DNA from: Escherichia phage vB_vPM_PD114
Sequence record: MH675927.1
Direction: 5' to 3' (one strand)
Length of the DNA: 64,000 nucleotides
Position 1 is the first letter of the stretch, and every line of letters starts with the position of its first letter. Below, piece by piece: positions 9,677 through 17,471 of this stretch. A model generated the notes under the pieces. That model saw nothing but the letters and a program-made list of their open reading frames with translations. It did not search any database and was not told the origin of the DNA. The position numbers and the translations under genes were made by a program.

Positions 9677-9856
9677 TTATTTAAAATATTGTTCTAACAA
9701 AACACTAATGCGAACTACCGATTCGCCCATATACGCCCCAGCACAGAGGAAAACAACAAATCTACAAAAATTGCAGTACCATTTGTTCACTGGAAACGAG
9801 GCTAACATTATAATTGCAATAGCAATTAACATCATAAGAACTGTTACTAATACCAT
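9677..9856 (-). CDS. small hydrophobic membrane protein (59 aa), not in ORF track
   Basis: Own translation MVLVTVLMMLIAIAIIMLASFPVNKWYCNFCRFVVFLCAGAYMGESVVRISVLLEQYFK; RBS AGAGG upstream; stop overlaps RBS of next gene. Confidence 0.35.
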   Translation of the reverse strand: MVLVTVLMMLIAIAIIMLASFPVNKWYCNFCRFVVFLCAGAYMGESVVRISVLLEQYFK

Positions 9857-9865
9857 ATTTACCTC

Positions 9866-10981
9866 TTACTCTGCTGGTTCCCAAGTACCTGGAATCATCT
9901 TACGTACACGTACCCCAACAGGCTTGGTAGGAATACCTTCGTCTGAAAATTCTTCGTACTCAATTTCAACAAATTGACCAATAAGTGTCAAAGCATTTTC
10001 TTCTTTACGATAGTTAATGGTTTCATCTGAATCCTTACGCATCAGGAATTCGACTACTTTACCATTTTCCATCTCGCCTGTCAATACCCCGTCACCATTT
10101 TTATCACGCTTTGCACTTACCACCTTAACTTCAAGCGTCTGCCGTGGTTTACGTTTAATAACATCATAAGAACGTTTATCAAACTCGTAAACACCTTGTG
10201 CATTACGATACACCACACCTTCCGCTTTCTCACGCAGAGCTTTTGCATAGAATTCATCAAACTGCTCTTGGTTTTCAATGTACTCTGTATGTACTACACA
10301 AATAAGTTCGTCTAAACCTTTATCTTGAACAACTTCTTTTAGAGCAGCCAAAACTTCAACCCTCTTCTCAAATGGTACAGATGGCACAGGAACATCATAT
10401 ACATAGTATTTAAGAAGCGGAGTGTTAGCATTATGCTTTTTCCACGCACTATTAATTTGTTGAAGGCTAAGAACACCCAAACCAGCAAAAACTTCACCGT
10501 CAAGAGGATGACCAACTACTTCTTTAATGAAGGTTGGAATTTCTTTCCAGTGAGGTGGAAGTTTATATACTTCCCCAGCTTTAGATAAGCATTCACCTTG
10601 CATGTTAATCATTGAACGTAGACCATTCAATTTATACTGTGCATAACCTGGAAACAAAACACGATCAGCATAATCTTTATAATCCTGACATTTCATGGGT
10701 GTGGAAGGAACATGGTTTTCAGCTTCCTCTTTTGTTTTATAATACCCATTCTTAAGTTGCTTTGTCCATTTGGCAAGAGCTTCTATTTCAGCTTGTTCTT
10801 CTGCTGTTGTTTCATTTGAGCGACCAATATTTTTAGGTTCTGCTGTATAAGATTTGCTAGTAATCTTTCCACCTAATTGACCATGAGTAACAGTTACAAC
10901 ACTACCTTCGGTATAGACTGACCACTGTTTAATTTTACCTGTAGAAGTTTTACCATACAATGTAGGATTAGTTTGTTTCAT
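9866..10981 (-). CDS. ATP-dependent ligase-family nucleotidyltransferase (probable DNA ligase)
   Basis: Motif I-like KLNGLR, motif III-like DGEVF, motif IV-like EGVVYR, basic KRKP region and C-terminal OB-like domain; start set at ATG after GGAGG (track start 11029 lies 16 codons upstream). Confidence 0.45.
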   Translation of the reverse strand: MKQTNPTLYGKTSTGKIKQWSVYTEGSVVTVTHGQLGGKITSKSYTAEPKNIGRSNETTAEEQAEIEALAKWTKQLKNGYYKTKEEAENHVPSTPMKCQDYKDYADRVLFPGYAQYKLNGLRSMINMQGECLSKAGEVYKLPPHWKEIPTFIKEVVGHPLDGEVFAGLGVLSLQQINSAWKKHNANTPLLKYYVYDVPVPSVPFEKRVEVLAALKEVVQDKGLDELICVVHTEYIENQEQFDEFYAKALREKAEGVVYRNAQGVYEFDKRSYDVIKRKPRQTLEVKVVSAKRDKNGDGVLTGEMENGKVVEFLMRKDSDETINYRKEENALTLIGQFVEIEYEEFSDEGIPTKPVGVRVRKMIPGTWEPAE

Positions 10982-11171
10982 CTTTAACCTCCAGTTGCGA
11001 AAGAACCCATTTAGCCATTTCAATTTCACCGTGTAGTCTGCCTAGTTCATAGGCATCATCAATATTACCACCAGTGTAATCATCCACCATAAAGTAAGGA
11101 TCTTCGCTACTGTTAGGTGCGTTTGCAATTCTCGTTAGTTCTTCAATAAATGTCATAGTTACCCTTACCAA
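10968..11171 (-). CDS. hypothetical protein (67 aa)
   Basis: ORF track. Confidence 0.3.
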   Translation of the reverse strand: MVRVTMTFIEELTRIANAPNSSEDPYFMVDDYTGGNIDDAYELGRLHGEIEMAKWVLSQLEVKDETN

Positions 11172-11389
11172 TTATACACAAGAGTTTGAATCTCTTCCAT
11201 CAAATCTTCAAGATCTGTATCAACGTATTCAGAAGATGTTGCCATAAAGTATGTAATCATTGTGAACCCTTCCGAAGAAAGAGCATCAAGGATATCATTA
11301 AACATATCTTCCATTTCAGTATTCTCACCAAATGAGAATAACATTTGTTGGTCTTCGCTTACACCTTTAACATAGATAGCTGTACTCAT
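11165..11389 (-). CDS. hypothetical acidic protein (74 aa)
   Basis: ORF track. Confidence 0.3.
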   Translation of the reverse strand: MSTAIYVKGVSEDQQMLFSFGENTEMEDMFNDILDALSSEGFTMITYFMATSSEYVDTDLEDLMEEIQTLVYNW

Positions 11390-11392
11390 ATA

Positions 11393-11713
11393 TTAATCCT
11401 TAAGACGTTCATTTAAATCTGCAATAACATCACCTAAATCTTCACATTCCAGTGTTAACTCTGAAACTTGTTCATTCAAACAAGAAACTTCTTCGTTTAG
11501 ATCTGAAATAATGTTTTCTAATGAATCTACTTGGTCATCATATGAACGTTTTGTTTCTTCAAGTTCTTCCGTAAGATCATTAATCAAACGGAGCAAAGAT
11601 AAGATATAGCCGTCTCCTGTCTCGTTCCTCCACTCACTTCCGTAGCGATAAATAATAATTTCACCATTATCGACTACTGTAAAATACTTACCTTCACCAG
11701 AATAAATTTCCAT
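11393..11713 (-). CDS. hypothetical coiled-coil protein (106 aa)
   Basis: ORF track; heptad-like LxxEL repeats. Confidence 0.3.
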   Translation of the reverse strand: MEIYSGEGKYFTVVDNGEIIIYRYGSEWRNETGDGYILSLLRLINDLTEELEETKRSYDDQVDSLENIISDLNEEVSCLNEQVSELTLECEDLGDVIADLNERLKD

Positions 11714-11722
11714 ACACTCTCC

Positions 11723-12127
11723 TTATTGTAGCTTAAGTGAACTGCGAAGACGTTTCTCTTGCTGATCACGAATATGTTGTGGAACCTCATGAATTGAGTC
11801 GTTACCGTGCCTATTTTCAACAACTAAAGAGATAACTTGATAACCAAACTCTTCAGCAAGAGTAAAATAAGGTTTAAGTTCTTTCTCTGTGGTTGAAGTG
11901 TTAGAGACAATAATCTTTTTAATATTAGATGCCATAGCATCACGAACAATACTCTGACACCATGCGTGTGCTTTACCTACATTTTCTGGCTTCCAATCGT
12001 AAACACCACTTTCTGTGTAATGATATTGATCTGCCTCACAGATAGGCCAATAACCTTCAGAAATAATTTCTGCTACTGTAGATTTACCTGCACCTGAAAC
12101 ACCACGTAAAATGATAAGTTGTTTCAT
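11723..12127 (-). CDS. polynucleotide 5'-kinase (T4 Pnk kinase-domain-like)
   Basis: MKQLIILRGVSGAGKST (P-loop) and IIVSNTSTTEKELKPYFTLAEEFGYQV, colinear with the kinase domain of T4 polynucleotide kinase; no HAD phosphatase domain. Confidence 0.6.
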   Translation of the reverse strand: MKQLIILRGVSGAGKSTVAEIISEGYWPICEADQYHYTESGVYDWKPENVGKAHAWCQSIVRDAMASNIKKIIVSNTSTTEKELKPYFTLAEEFGYQVISLVVENRHGNDSIHEVPQHIRDQQEKRLRSSLKLQ

Positions 12128-13060
12128 TTAGCCTCCAAAGAAGTTTTCTATTTCTTTACGTCGCTCTTGTGGATCTAAAGCAGCCCATTGAGTCTTGGTA
12201 AAGTTGTTTCGAAGCCATTCTAGCAAAGTATAATATTCTTCGTCAACAATTTGTTTAGCATTTTTTGGGTTGTCCCAAATCATATCCCACTTCTTATTGC
12301 CACCACGCATAAGGAATTTCTTAGCAAGATAGTATGGTGACTTAATCTTTAACAGCAAGTTAAACGGATAGTTTGTTTCACGAACTACAAACCCTTCGTG
12401 CTTACATTGTTTAGACATTTCAACAACATCTGAAAATTTAATCATCTGATAAACTTCAGGACGTTTAAATTTTGTAACAGATGCAATCCCATCGAGCACA
12501 CCTTCAGGTAGCATGAAACTTGTCCCATCATCATTTTGAATTCTTGCTCCGATTAAGTATGCACCTGGTTCTTCTTCAACAATATGTGGATCAGAAGGAT
12601 CACAGATTTCAAAAAGGAAAGTTGCTTTTGCACTTTCTGTCCACTTAATGAAATATTCTATGTCATCACACTCGGAAACAATATGGTTCTTGGCAAGAGT
12701 TGCAAAATCTGACTCTAGGCTCCCTGTTGTTGATACAATAAGTTGCCCTTTGTACACACCTACAGATGCCATAAAACCGTTTACTTTACGGACAGCATCT
12801 ACAAGTTGGTCTGCTGGAAGATCTGTACCATTCTCAAAACGATTAAAGATTTTAGTAAAAGGCCAAATAACAACATTGTCTTCTGAGTCAACAACCAACC
12901 CACGACAATCTAGAAGTCGTTTGTCAACGTTCCACAAGTTATCCCAGAATACATTGTTTTTGTATTTAAGTACAGCAAGACCAGCATACTCTCCAGATTT
13001 AACTTCTTTTTTATGCACTAAACCTTTTGCAATCAGGTCATCACAATTGAACTTAGCCAC
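12128..13060 (-). CDS. RNA-ligase-like nucleotidyltransferase (putative RNA ligase)
   Basis: KVNGF (KxNG motif I-like), EGFVVR (motif IV-like), KIKSPYY (motif V-like); lies between phosphoesterase and kinase genes. Confidence 0.45.
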   Translation of the reverse strand: MAKFNCDDLIAKGLVHKKEVKSGEYAGLAVLKYKNNVFWDNLWNVDKRLLDCRGLVVDSEDNVVIWPFTKIFNRFENGTDLPADQLVDAVRKVNGFMASVGVYKGQLIVSTTGSLESDFATLAKNHIVSECDDIEYFIKWTESAKATFLFEICDPSDPHIVEEEPGAYLIGARIQNDDGTSFMLPEGVLDGIASVTKFKRPEVYQMIKFSDVVEMSKQCKHEGFVVRETNYPFNLLLKIKSPYYLAKKFLMRGGNKKWDMIWDNPKNAKQIVDEEYYTLLEWLRNNFTKTQWAALDPQERRKEIENFFGG

Positions 13061-13061
13061 C

Positions 13062-13613
13062 TTAATCTCCTTTGATTATCTTATGATGGTCTACAACAAC
13101 AATATCACGCTTATCCATAATAGAGATGATTTCGTCAAAATGCAAGATTTTTCCGTGTGCGTCCCAACCAACGTCCAACATTTTCCCATACAAATGATCA
13201 GGGAATGATCCGTGAGAGTGCCCGTGTAGCATGATTGATCCATGCCCTTGTTTATTCCAGGAAGCCATAGGGTAATGACTTAAGACGAAGAACAGTTTCT
13301 GATATTTCACTTCGTCATAATACACCACCTCGCCATATTCTGCAAGCACTTCTCGGTGTTTGCTGTAATCATGGTTCCCAACACAGTAAGTGATATCACC
13401 TTGAAGACGTGAAGCAATTTTACGGGTATCTTCTTCAGTCCCGAAACAGAAGTCGCCCAAGTGCCACATCTTGACACCAGGACTCGTAGCACATTTATTC
13501 CATGCTTCAATCAGTGCTTCTGTCATATGATCCATATCTTCCCACGGGCGATATTCAGGAGCAAACTCTCGAATACGTTTGTGCATAAAATGCAAATCAC
13601 TTGTAATAAACAT
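13062..13613 (-). CDS. calcineurin-like metallophosphoesterase
   Basis: GDFCFG...(x)GNHDY...HGHSH metallophosphatase signature; 1-nt gap to downstream gene. Confidence 0.6.
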   Translation of the reverse strand: MFITSDLHFMHKRIREFAPEYRPWEDMDHMTEALIEAWNKCATSPGVKMWHLGDFCFGTEEDTRKIASRLQGDITYCVGNHDYSKHREVLAEYGEVVYYDEVKYQKLFFVLSHYPMASWNKQGHGSIMLHGHSHGSFPDHLYGKMLDVGWDAHGKILHFDEIISIMDKRDIVVVDHHKIIKGD

Positions 13614-13975
13614 TAGTATAATCCCTCGCTGAATAGTTCACTGTCGTGACCATTTCTTTCATAGTTAATTTGTTTGGCGTTATCTGCAATGATATAAGCA
13701 TCTTTGCGACTCCACCAATTATAATACTGATCAATAAACCCTTGATTATCAGGTAAGCAAAACAGCTTATCAATCAATCCTGCATCTTTTAAAACATTAA
13801 GTTGTGCAGATAGTACAGGATTTGCATGCCTAACACAAAGAATAATCAATTCTTCGCCATTGTTGAGAATATACTTATTCGCAGCGCATACTATAACACG
13901 TTGAGCATAGTGATCCTCACCAATCCAAGTAAGAGGTTGGTAACAAATATCATGTTGATTAGTAGCGCACATCAA
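13613..13975 (-). CDS. hypothetical protein (120 aa)
   Basis: ORF track. Confidence 0.35.
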   Translation of the reverse strand: MMCATNQHDICYQPLTWIGEDHYAQRVIVCAANKYILNNGEELIILCVRHANPVLSAQLNVLKDAGLIDKLFCLPDNQGFIDQYYNWWSRKDAYIIADNAKQINYERNGHDSELFSEGLY

Positions 13976-14130
13976 TTTTCTCCGTACTCTTTTAATCTAT
14001 CAGCGAAAAAACTGTAATCAGGAAGTAAAAGATCATTACTCGTATCGTTACAGTTTTCTTCATCTTTATAGATAAAACGCCCTTCATCCTCTTCTTGCTC
14101 TGACCAAACTGAGTAATGCATAATACCTAC

Positions 14131-14505
14131 TTAATAGTTAACACGTTTAATTTCAACACCATAGGATGAAATAAAATTTTCCTTAGCTAACATATATTTA
14201 CCGGCAGCAGAAGGATTTGATGTATGAACATAGATAGTTTTAAGAGCATCCCATTCACCAGCGTACAACATACATTCTACGTCTAAGAACGCATGATATC
14301 CTTCTTGATCTTCTCCAAGATCATTATCGAAGTGTATCTCTGAGATATTATTGAAATTATCTTCATCTGAAACAAAAGATAACCAATCCTCAAAAGATTT
14401 TAACCAAATGGCATCCTCATAACCATAATCTTTAGGATCTCTTAAATCGTCTAACCAAAGAATTTTAGCCACTATCAACCCCCTTCCTGTTTCTCTTCTT
14501 TCCAA
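14131..14505 (-). CDS. hypothetical protein (124 aa)
   Basis: ORF track. Confidence 0.35.
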   Translation of the reverse strand: MERRETGRGLIVAKILWLDDLRDPKDYGYEDAIWLKSFEDWLSFVSDEDNFNNISEIHFDNDLGEDQEGYHAFLDVECMLYAGEWDALKTIYVHTSNPSAAGKYMLAKENFISSYGVEIKRVNY

Positions 14506-14666
14506 GTTTTACCATTATCTACCAACTTCTTAGAAACAGCAAATCTTTCTCCATTGATATAAAACAAATAAAGAATAAAGGATTTTCCTATAGTTACAGT
14601 ATCTACTACTTTTACACGCTTCACACCTTGCATGTATTTGGCTTTACCTGAATAAATAAGGAACAT
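14475..14666 (-). CDS. hypothetical protein (63 aa)
   Basis: ORF track. Confidence 0.3.
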   Translation of the reverse strand: MFLIYSGKAKYMQGVKRVKVVDTVTIGKSFILYLFYINGERFAVSKKLVDNGKTWKEEKQEGG

Positions 14667-14944
14667 TACTTATTCCTTTTGTTGTTGATCACATCTAAAG
14701 CTGTGTAAGGTTTGTTTGTACCGCTGTATTCAAGAATAATTGGTACATATTCATAGACCAACTCAAAAGTACCATACATAGAATCTGCAACTGAAATAAG
14801 CATTTCAGTGCCTTTGTCGTTCTTAATTAATGAAAATCTTGCCCCTGGTTTATTGAGCACTTCATATTTCTTACCTGCTGTCAGCAAACCTGAATACCAT
14901 TCATTTTGCACAACAGACAAACACTTCAGATAAGTTTTTCTCAT
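14666..14944 (-). CDS. hypothetical protein (92 aa)
   Basis: ORF track. Confidence 0.3.
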   Translation of the reverse strand: MRKTYLKCLSVVQNEWYSGLLTAGKKYEVLNKPGARFSLIKNDKGTEMLISVADSMYGTFELVYEYVPIILEYSGTNKPYTALDVINNKRNK

Positions 14945-15282
14945 TTCTTTTTGCTCCTTCTTTTAGGTTTCTCGTATAAACCTAACACAGCCGATTCTTT
15001 TGCGCAAATAGGAACTGACTTCATTCCTCGTTTTTTAGCTTCTGGTAGATTCAAAACCCACCAGCCAAACCAGTACAATTCATCTTCTGTGAAAGGATCT
15101 GCCATAGGATCTGCATCACGTTCCTCAAATTTAGCAAGAGCTTCTTCTATCTTTTCTATTGGAGTATCAAAGACAAAAGCCTCTGTGTCAAATTTTTGTT
15201 TCTTAGGAGCGGCTTTTGCCGCCCCATCTTTAGATGCGCGCTTTGTTACGGATCGCTTCTTCGGTGTTTTCGCCATCAACAA
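14941..15282 (-). CDS. hypothetical lysine-rich protein (113 aa)
   Basis: ORF track; basic N- and C-termini (KKRSVTKRASK..., KPKRRSKKK). Confidence 0.35.
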   Translation of the reverse strand: MLMAKTPKKRSVTKRASKDGAAKAAPKKQKFDTEAFVFDTPIEKIEEALAKFEERDADPMADPFTEDELYWFGWWVLNLPEAKKRGMKSVPICAKESAVLGLYEKPKRRSKKK

Positions 15283-15469
15283 CCTCCATGCGGTGTAAGA
15301 AATCTTGCTGGAATCGCCAATACTGTTGACCAGTCCTTACATCTTCGTAGATCACAACAGGATCAAATACTTTAGATACACCCGCTGGTTTAGGAAAGCC
15401 AACTACACGATATAAACCGCCTTTGCTAATACAAGAATATGTTACATCAGTTAAAATTTCTTTTTTCAT
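15230..15469 (-). CDS. hypothetical protein (79 aa)
   Basis: ORF track. Confidence 0.3.
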   Translation of the reverse strand: MKKEILTDVTYSCISKGGLYRVVGFPKPAGVSKVFDPVVIYEDVRTGQQYWRFQQDFLHRMEVVDGENTEEAIRNKARI

Positions 15470-15663
15470 TTCTTAATAAACTCCAATACAGGTACGTGAT
15501 CAGCAGTTAAAGTTACACAATTGTAACTTACCTTTTCAACTTCAGAGAATGCTTCAACCCATAGCAAGAAATTCTCTTTAGCTTCTTCATAATTCAATGT
15601 TGACTTAACAACATGGAACTCACCAAGGATTACTCTATAGATTGTTTGCATAGTTTGATTCAT
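15466..15663 (-). CDS. hypothetical protein (65 aa)
   Basis: ORF track. Confidence 0.3.
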   Translation of the reverse strand: MNQTMQTIYRVILGEFHVVKSTLNYEEAKENFLLWVEAFSEVEKVSYNCVTLTADHVPVLEFIKK

Positions 15664-15729
15664 TTATTTTTCCTTTGTTTAAAATGTGTTAAACAATCGC
15701 AAATGCTTGTGACGCACTTTGTGATCCCA

Positions 15730-16137
15730 CTAATTAACGTCAGCACTATGATTGTTGAGAGTATAGGATACTCCATCGCCCAAGTCAACATGAATCTCAA
15801 CTCCTAATTGTCTTTCTAATGGTAAACGTTTTGAGAATTGATAATTACAAAGTTTACAGTCTAAGTCAAGCAACTCATGTTTGCTTAAACCTGCAACGAT
15901 AACTTTGCTTCCTACTGTCCACTCAATACCTTCAAAGTTATCTCTTCTTTTCAAAATGTCAAGTAAGAAGATGATTTGTTGCCATTCCGTAGACAAGTCT
16001 TCTTCATAGAATGCAGAACAAAAAGTTTTATCATCGTAGAAAGCATACATTATGCCTCCATCTATTGTTTCACTTCTAACGTAACGTGTGACCCTCATTA
16101 TTCCCTCCTGTATGGCTCTGTAACGAGCTAATAGCAC
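15730..16137 (-). CDS. hypothetical protein (135 aa), first gene of the minus-strand block
   Basis: ATG preceded by CAGGAGGG; ORF track. Confidence 0.4.
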   Translation of the reverse strand: MLLARYRAIQEGIMRVTRYVRSETIDGGIMYAFYDDKTFCSAFYEEDLSTEWQQIIFLLDILKRRDNFEGIEWTVGSKVIVAGLSKHELLDLDCKLCNYQFSKRLPLERQLGVEIHVDLGDGVSYTLNNHSADVN

Positions 16138-16228
16138 CTAAGATATGCAATCACCTTACCTCACAGTAAAACTCGTTACAATCGTTTTTAGGAGGTTCAG
16201 GTTGTACTTAAAAATAATCTAAAAGGTG

Positions 16229-16257
16229 TTGACAAACGCAAAAAAGTATGCTACCCT
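16229..16257 (+). promoter_or_regulatory. sigma70-like promoter TTGACA-N17-TACCCT
   Basis: Read directly; followed by GC-rich inverted repeat CCCCCG...CGAGGGGG. Confidence 0.35.
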
Positions 16258-16437
16258 AACCCCCGAAAAACGCCGAGCGCAGCGAGGGGGTGTTATCTAA
16301 TCTTGTGATACATGATCTAACAGACAACTGAGTAGTCTACATATAGCACTATGTTATGTCTATAATACTAACATACATGCTCTATACTAACAATAGATTA
16401 TTTATTAATTTTATTATTAATTAAATAATAAATATCT

Positions 16438-16466
16438 ATTGACTTTAGATCTATCTGTATGTAGAG
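16438..16466 (+). promoter_or_regulatory. sigma70-like promoter TTGACT-N17-TAGAGT with AT-rich UP-like element upstream
   Basis: Read directly; ~40 nt before the Prs-like gene start. Confidence 0.5.
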
Positions 16467-16506
16467 TAGAGAACATAAAGTCCTAACGCAACTAAGGAGA
16501 TAAAGA

Positions 16507-17400
16507 ATGAAAGTTAGTATTCTGCATGGTGTTGACTGTTATGTTACTGATGTAGACGTTAAAGTGTTTACATTCTCTGGTGGAGAACAACATGTTCAAT
16601 TAGATACGAATCTATCAGGTTTCAATCATGCTACAGACAGAATCTTACTCACTTTAGAAGTAAGATCTGCTAAAGACTTGATGACTTTGGTTATGACTAA
16701 GAATGCATTGGACAATATGCTATATCATAAACCATATTGTGTTGATTTACTCATGTTGTATGTGCCGTATGCACGACAAGACAGAGTGTGTGAGCCTGGG
16801 GAAGCATTCGGAGTTAAAGCATTTGCTTCTATAATTAATTCATTAAATTTCTCACGTGTTATCGTTGCTGATCCGCATAGTGATGTTACTCCAGCAGTGT
16901 TTGACAGACTCTGTGTAATACCTCAAGAGGAGATTGCTTACGAAACTTTAAAGTGGAAGTTACGTATGGAGAATTTTGCTCTTGTTAGCCCTGATGGTGG
17001 TGCTCTTAAGAAAATATTTAAATTATCTAAGAAAATGTCTTTAGATGTGTTCTGTGCAGAGAAGGTTAGAGATACCGCAACAGGTGCTATTGTTCGTACA
17101 GACATTTCTGTACAGGATTTCAATAAGCGTAACCTGATGATCGTAGATGATATCTGTGATGGTGGTAGAACTTTTATTGAATTGGCTAAAGTGCTACGTG
17201 CTCGTAACGCAGGTAAGATTGAGTTATATGTTACACACGGTATCTTCTCTAAAGGTCTTAAAGAGTTGAGTGAACACTTTGACTGCATTCATTCTCTTAA
17301 TGTGTGGGAAGATAACATCCAAGAAGATTCCGGTGTTCTTGTTAAGAATCAGTCAGATTTGCAACAACAAATTGTATCTCCATACGTGTGGAATTTTTAA
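16507..17400 (+). CDS. PRPP-synthetase-family pyrophosphokinase; candidate ADP-ribose pyrophosphokinase (Adps) of NARP1
   Basis: PYARQDR, LVSPDGGALKK, LMIVDDICDGGRTF, VTHGIFSKG align with Prs motifs (PYFGYARQDRR, VVSPDIGG, VLVDDMIDTGGT, ATHPIFSG); RBS AGGAG; followed by NAMPT-like gene. Confidence 0.7.
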   Translation: MKVSILHGVDCYVTDVDVKVFTFSGGEQHVQLDTNLSGFNHATDRILLTLEVRSAKDLMTLVMTKNALDNMLYHKPYCVDLLMLYVPYARQDRVCEPGEAFGVKAFASIINSLNFSRVIVADPHSDVTPAVFDRLCVIPQEEIAYETLKWKLRMENFALVSPDGGALKKIFKLSKKMSLDVFCAEKVRDTATGAIVRTDISVQDFNKRNLMIVDDICDGGRTFIELAKVLRARNAGKIELYVTHGIFSKGLKELSEHFDCIHSLNVWEDNIQEDSGVLVKNQSDLQQQIVSPYVWNF

Positions 17401-17410
17401 ATAATAAGTG

Positions 17411-17439
17411 TTGACAATAGGGAGTATGCTTAGTAAGAT
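17411..17439 (+). promoter_or_regulatory. sigma70-like promoter TTGACA-N17-TAAGAT overlapping inverted repeat GGGAGTAT/ATACTCCC
   Basis: Read directly. Confidence 0.4.
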
Positions 17440-17471
17440 ACTCCCACATTAACAAACAAGGAGACATAACT

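Noticed and set aside
16152-16180. Minus-strand promoter TTGTAA-N16-TAAGGT for the early block
   Set aside because: The predicted start would fall downstream of the RBS of the first early gene (ATG at 16137), so the element cannot serve that gene.
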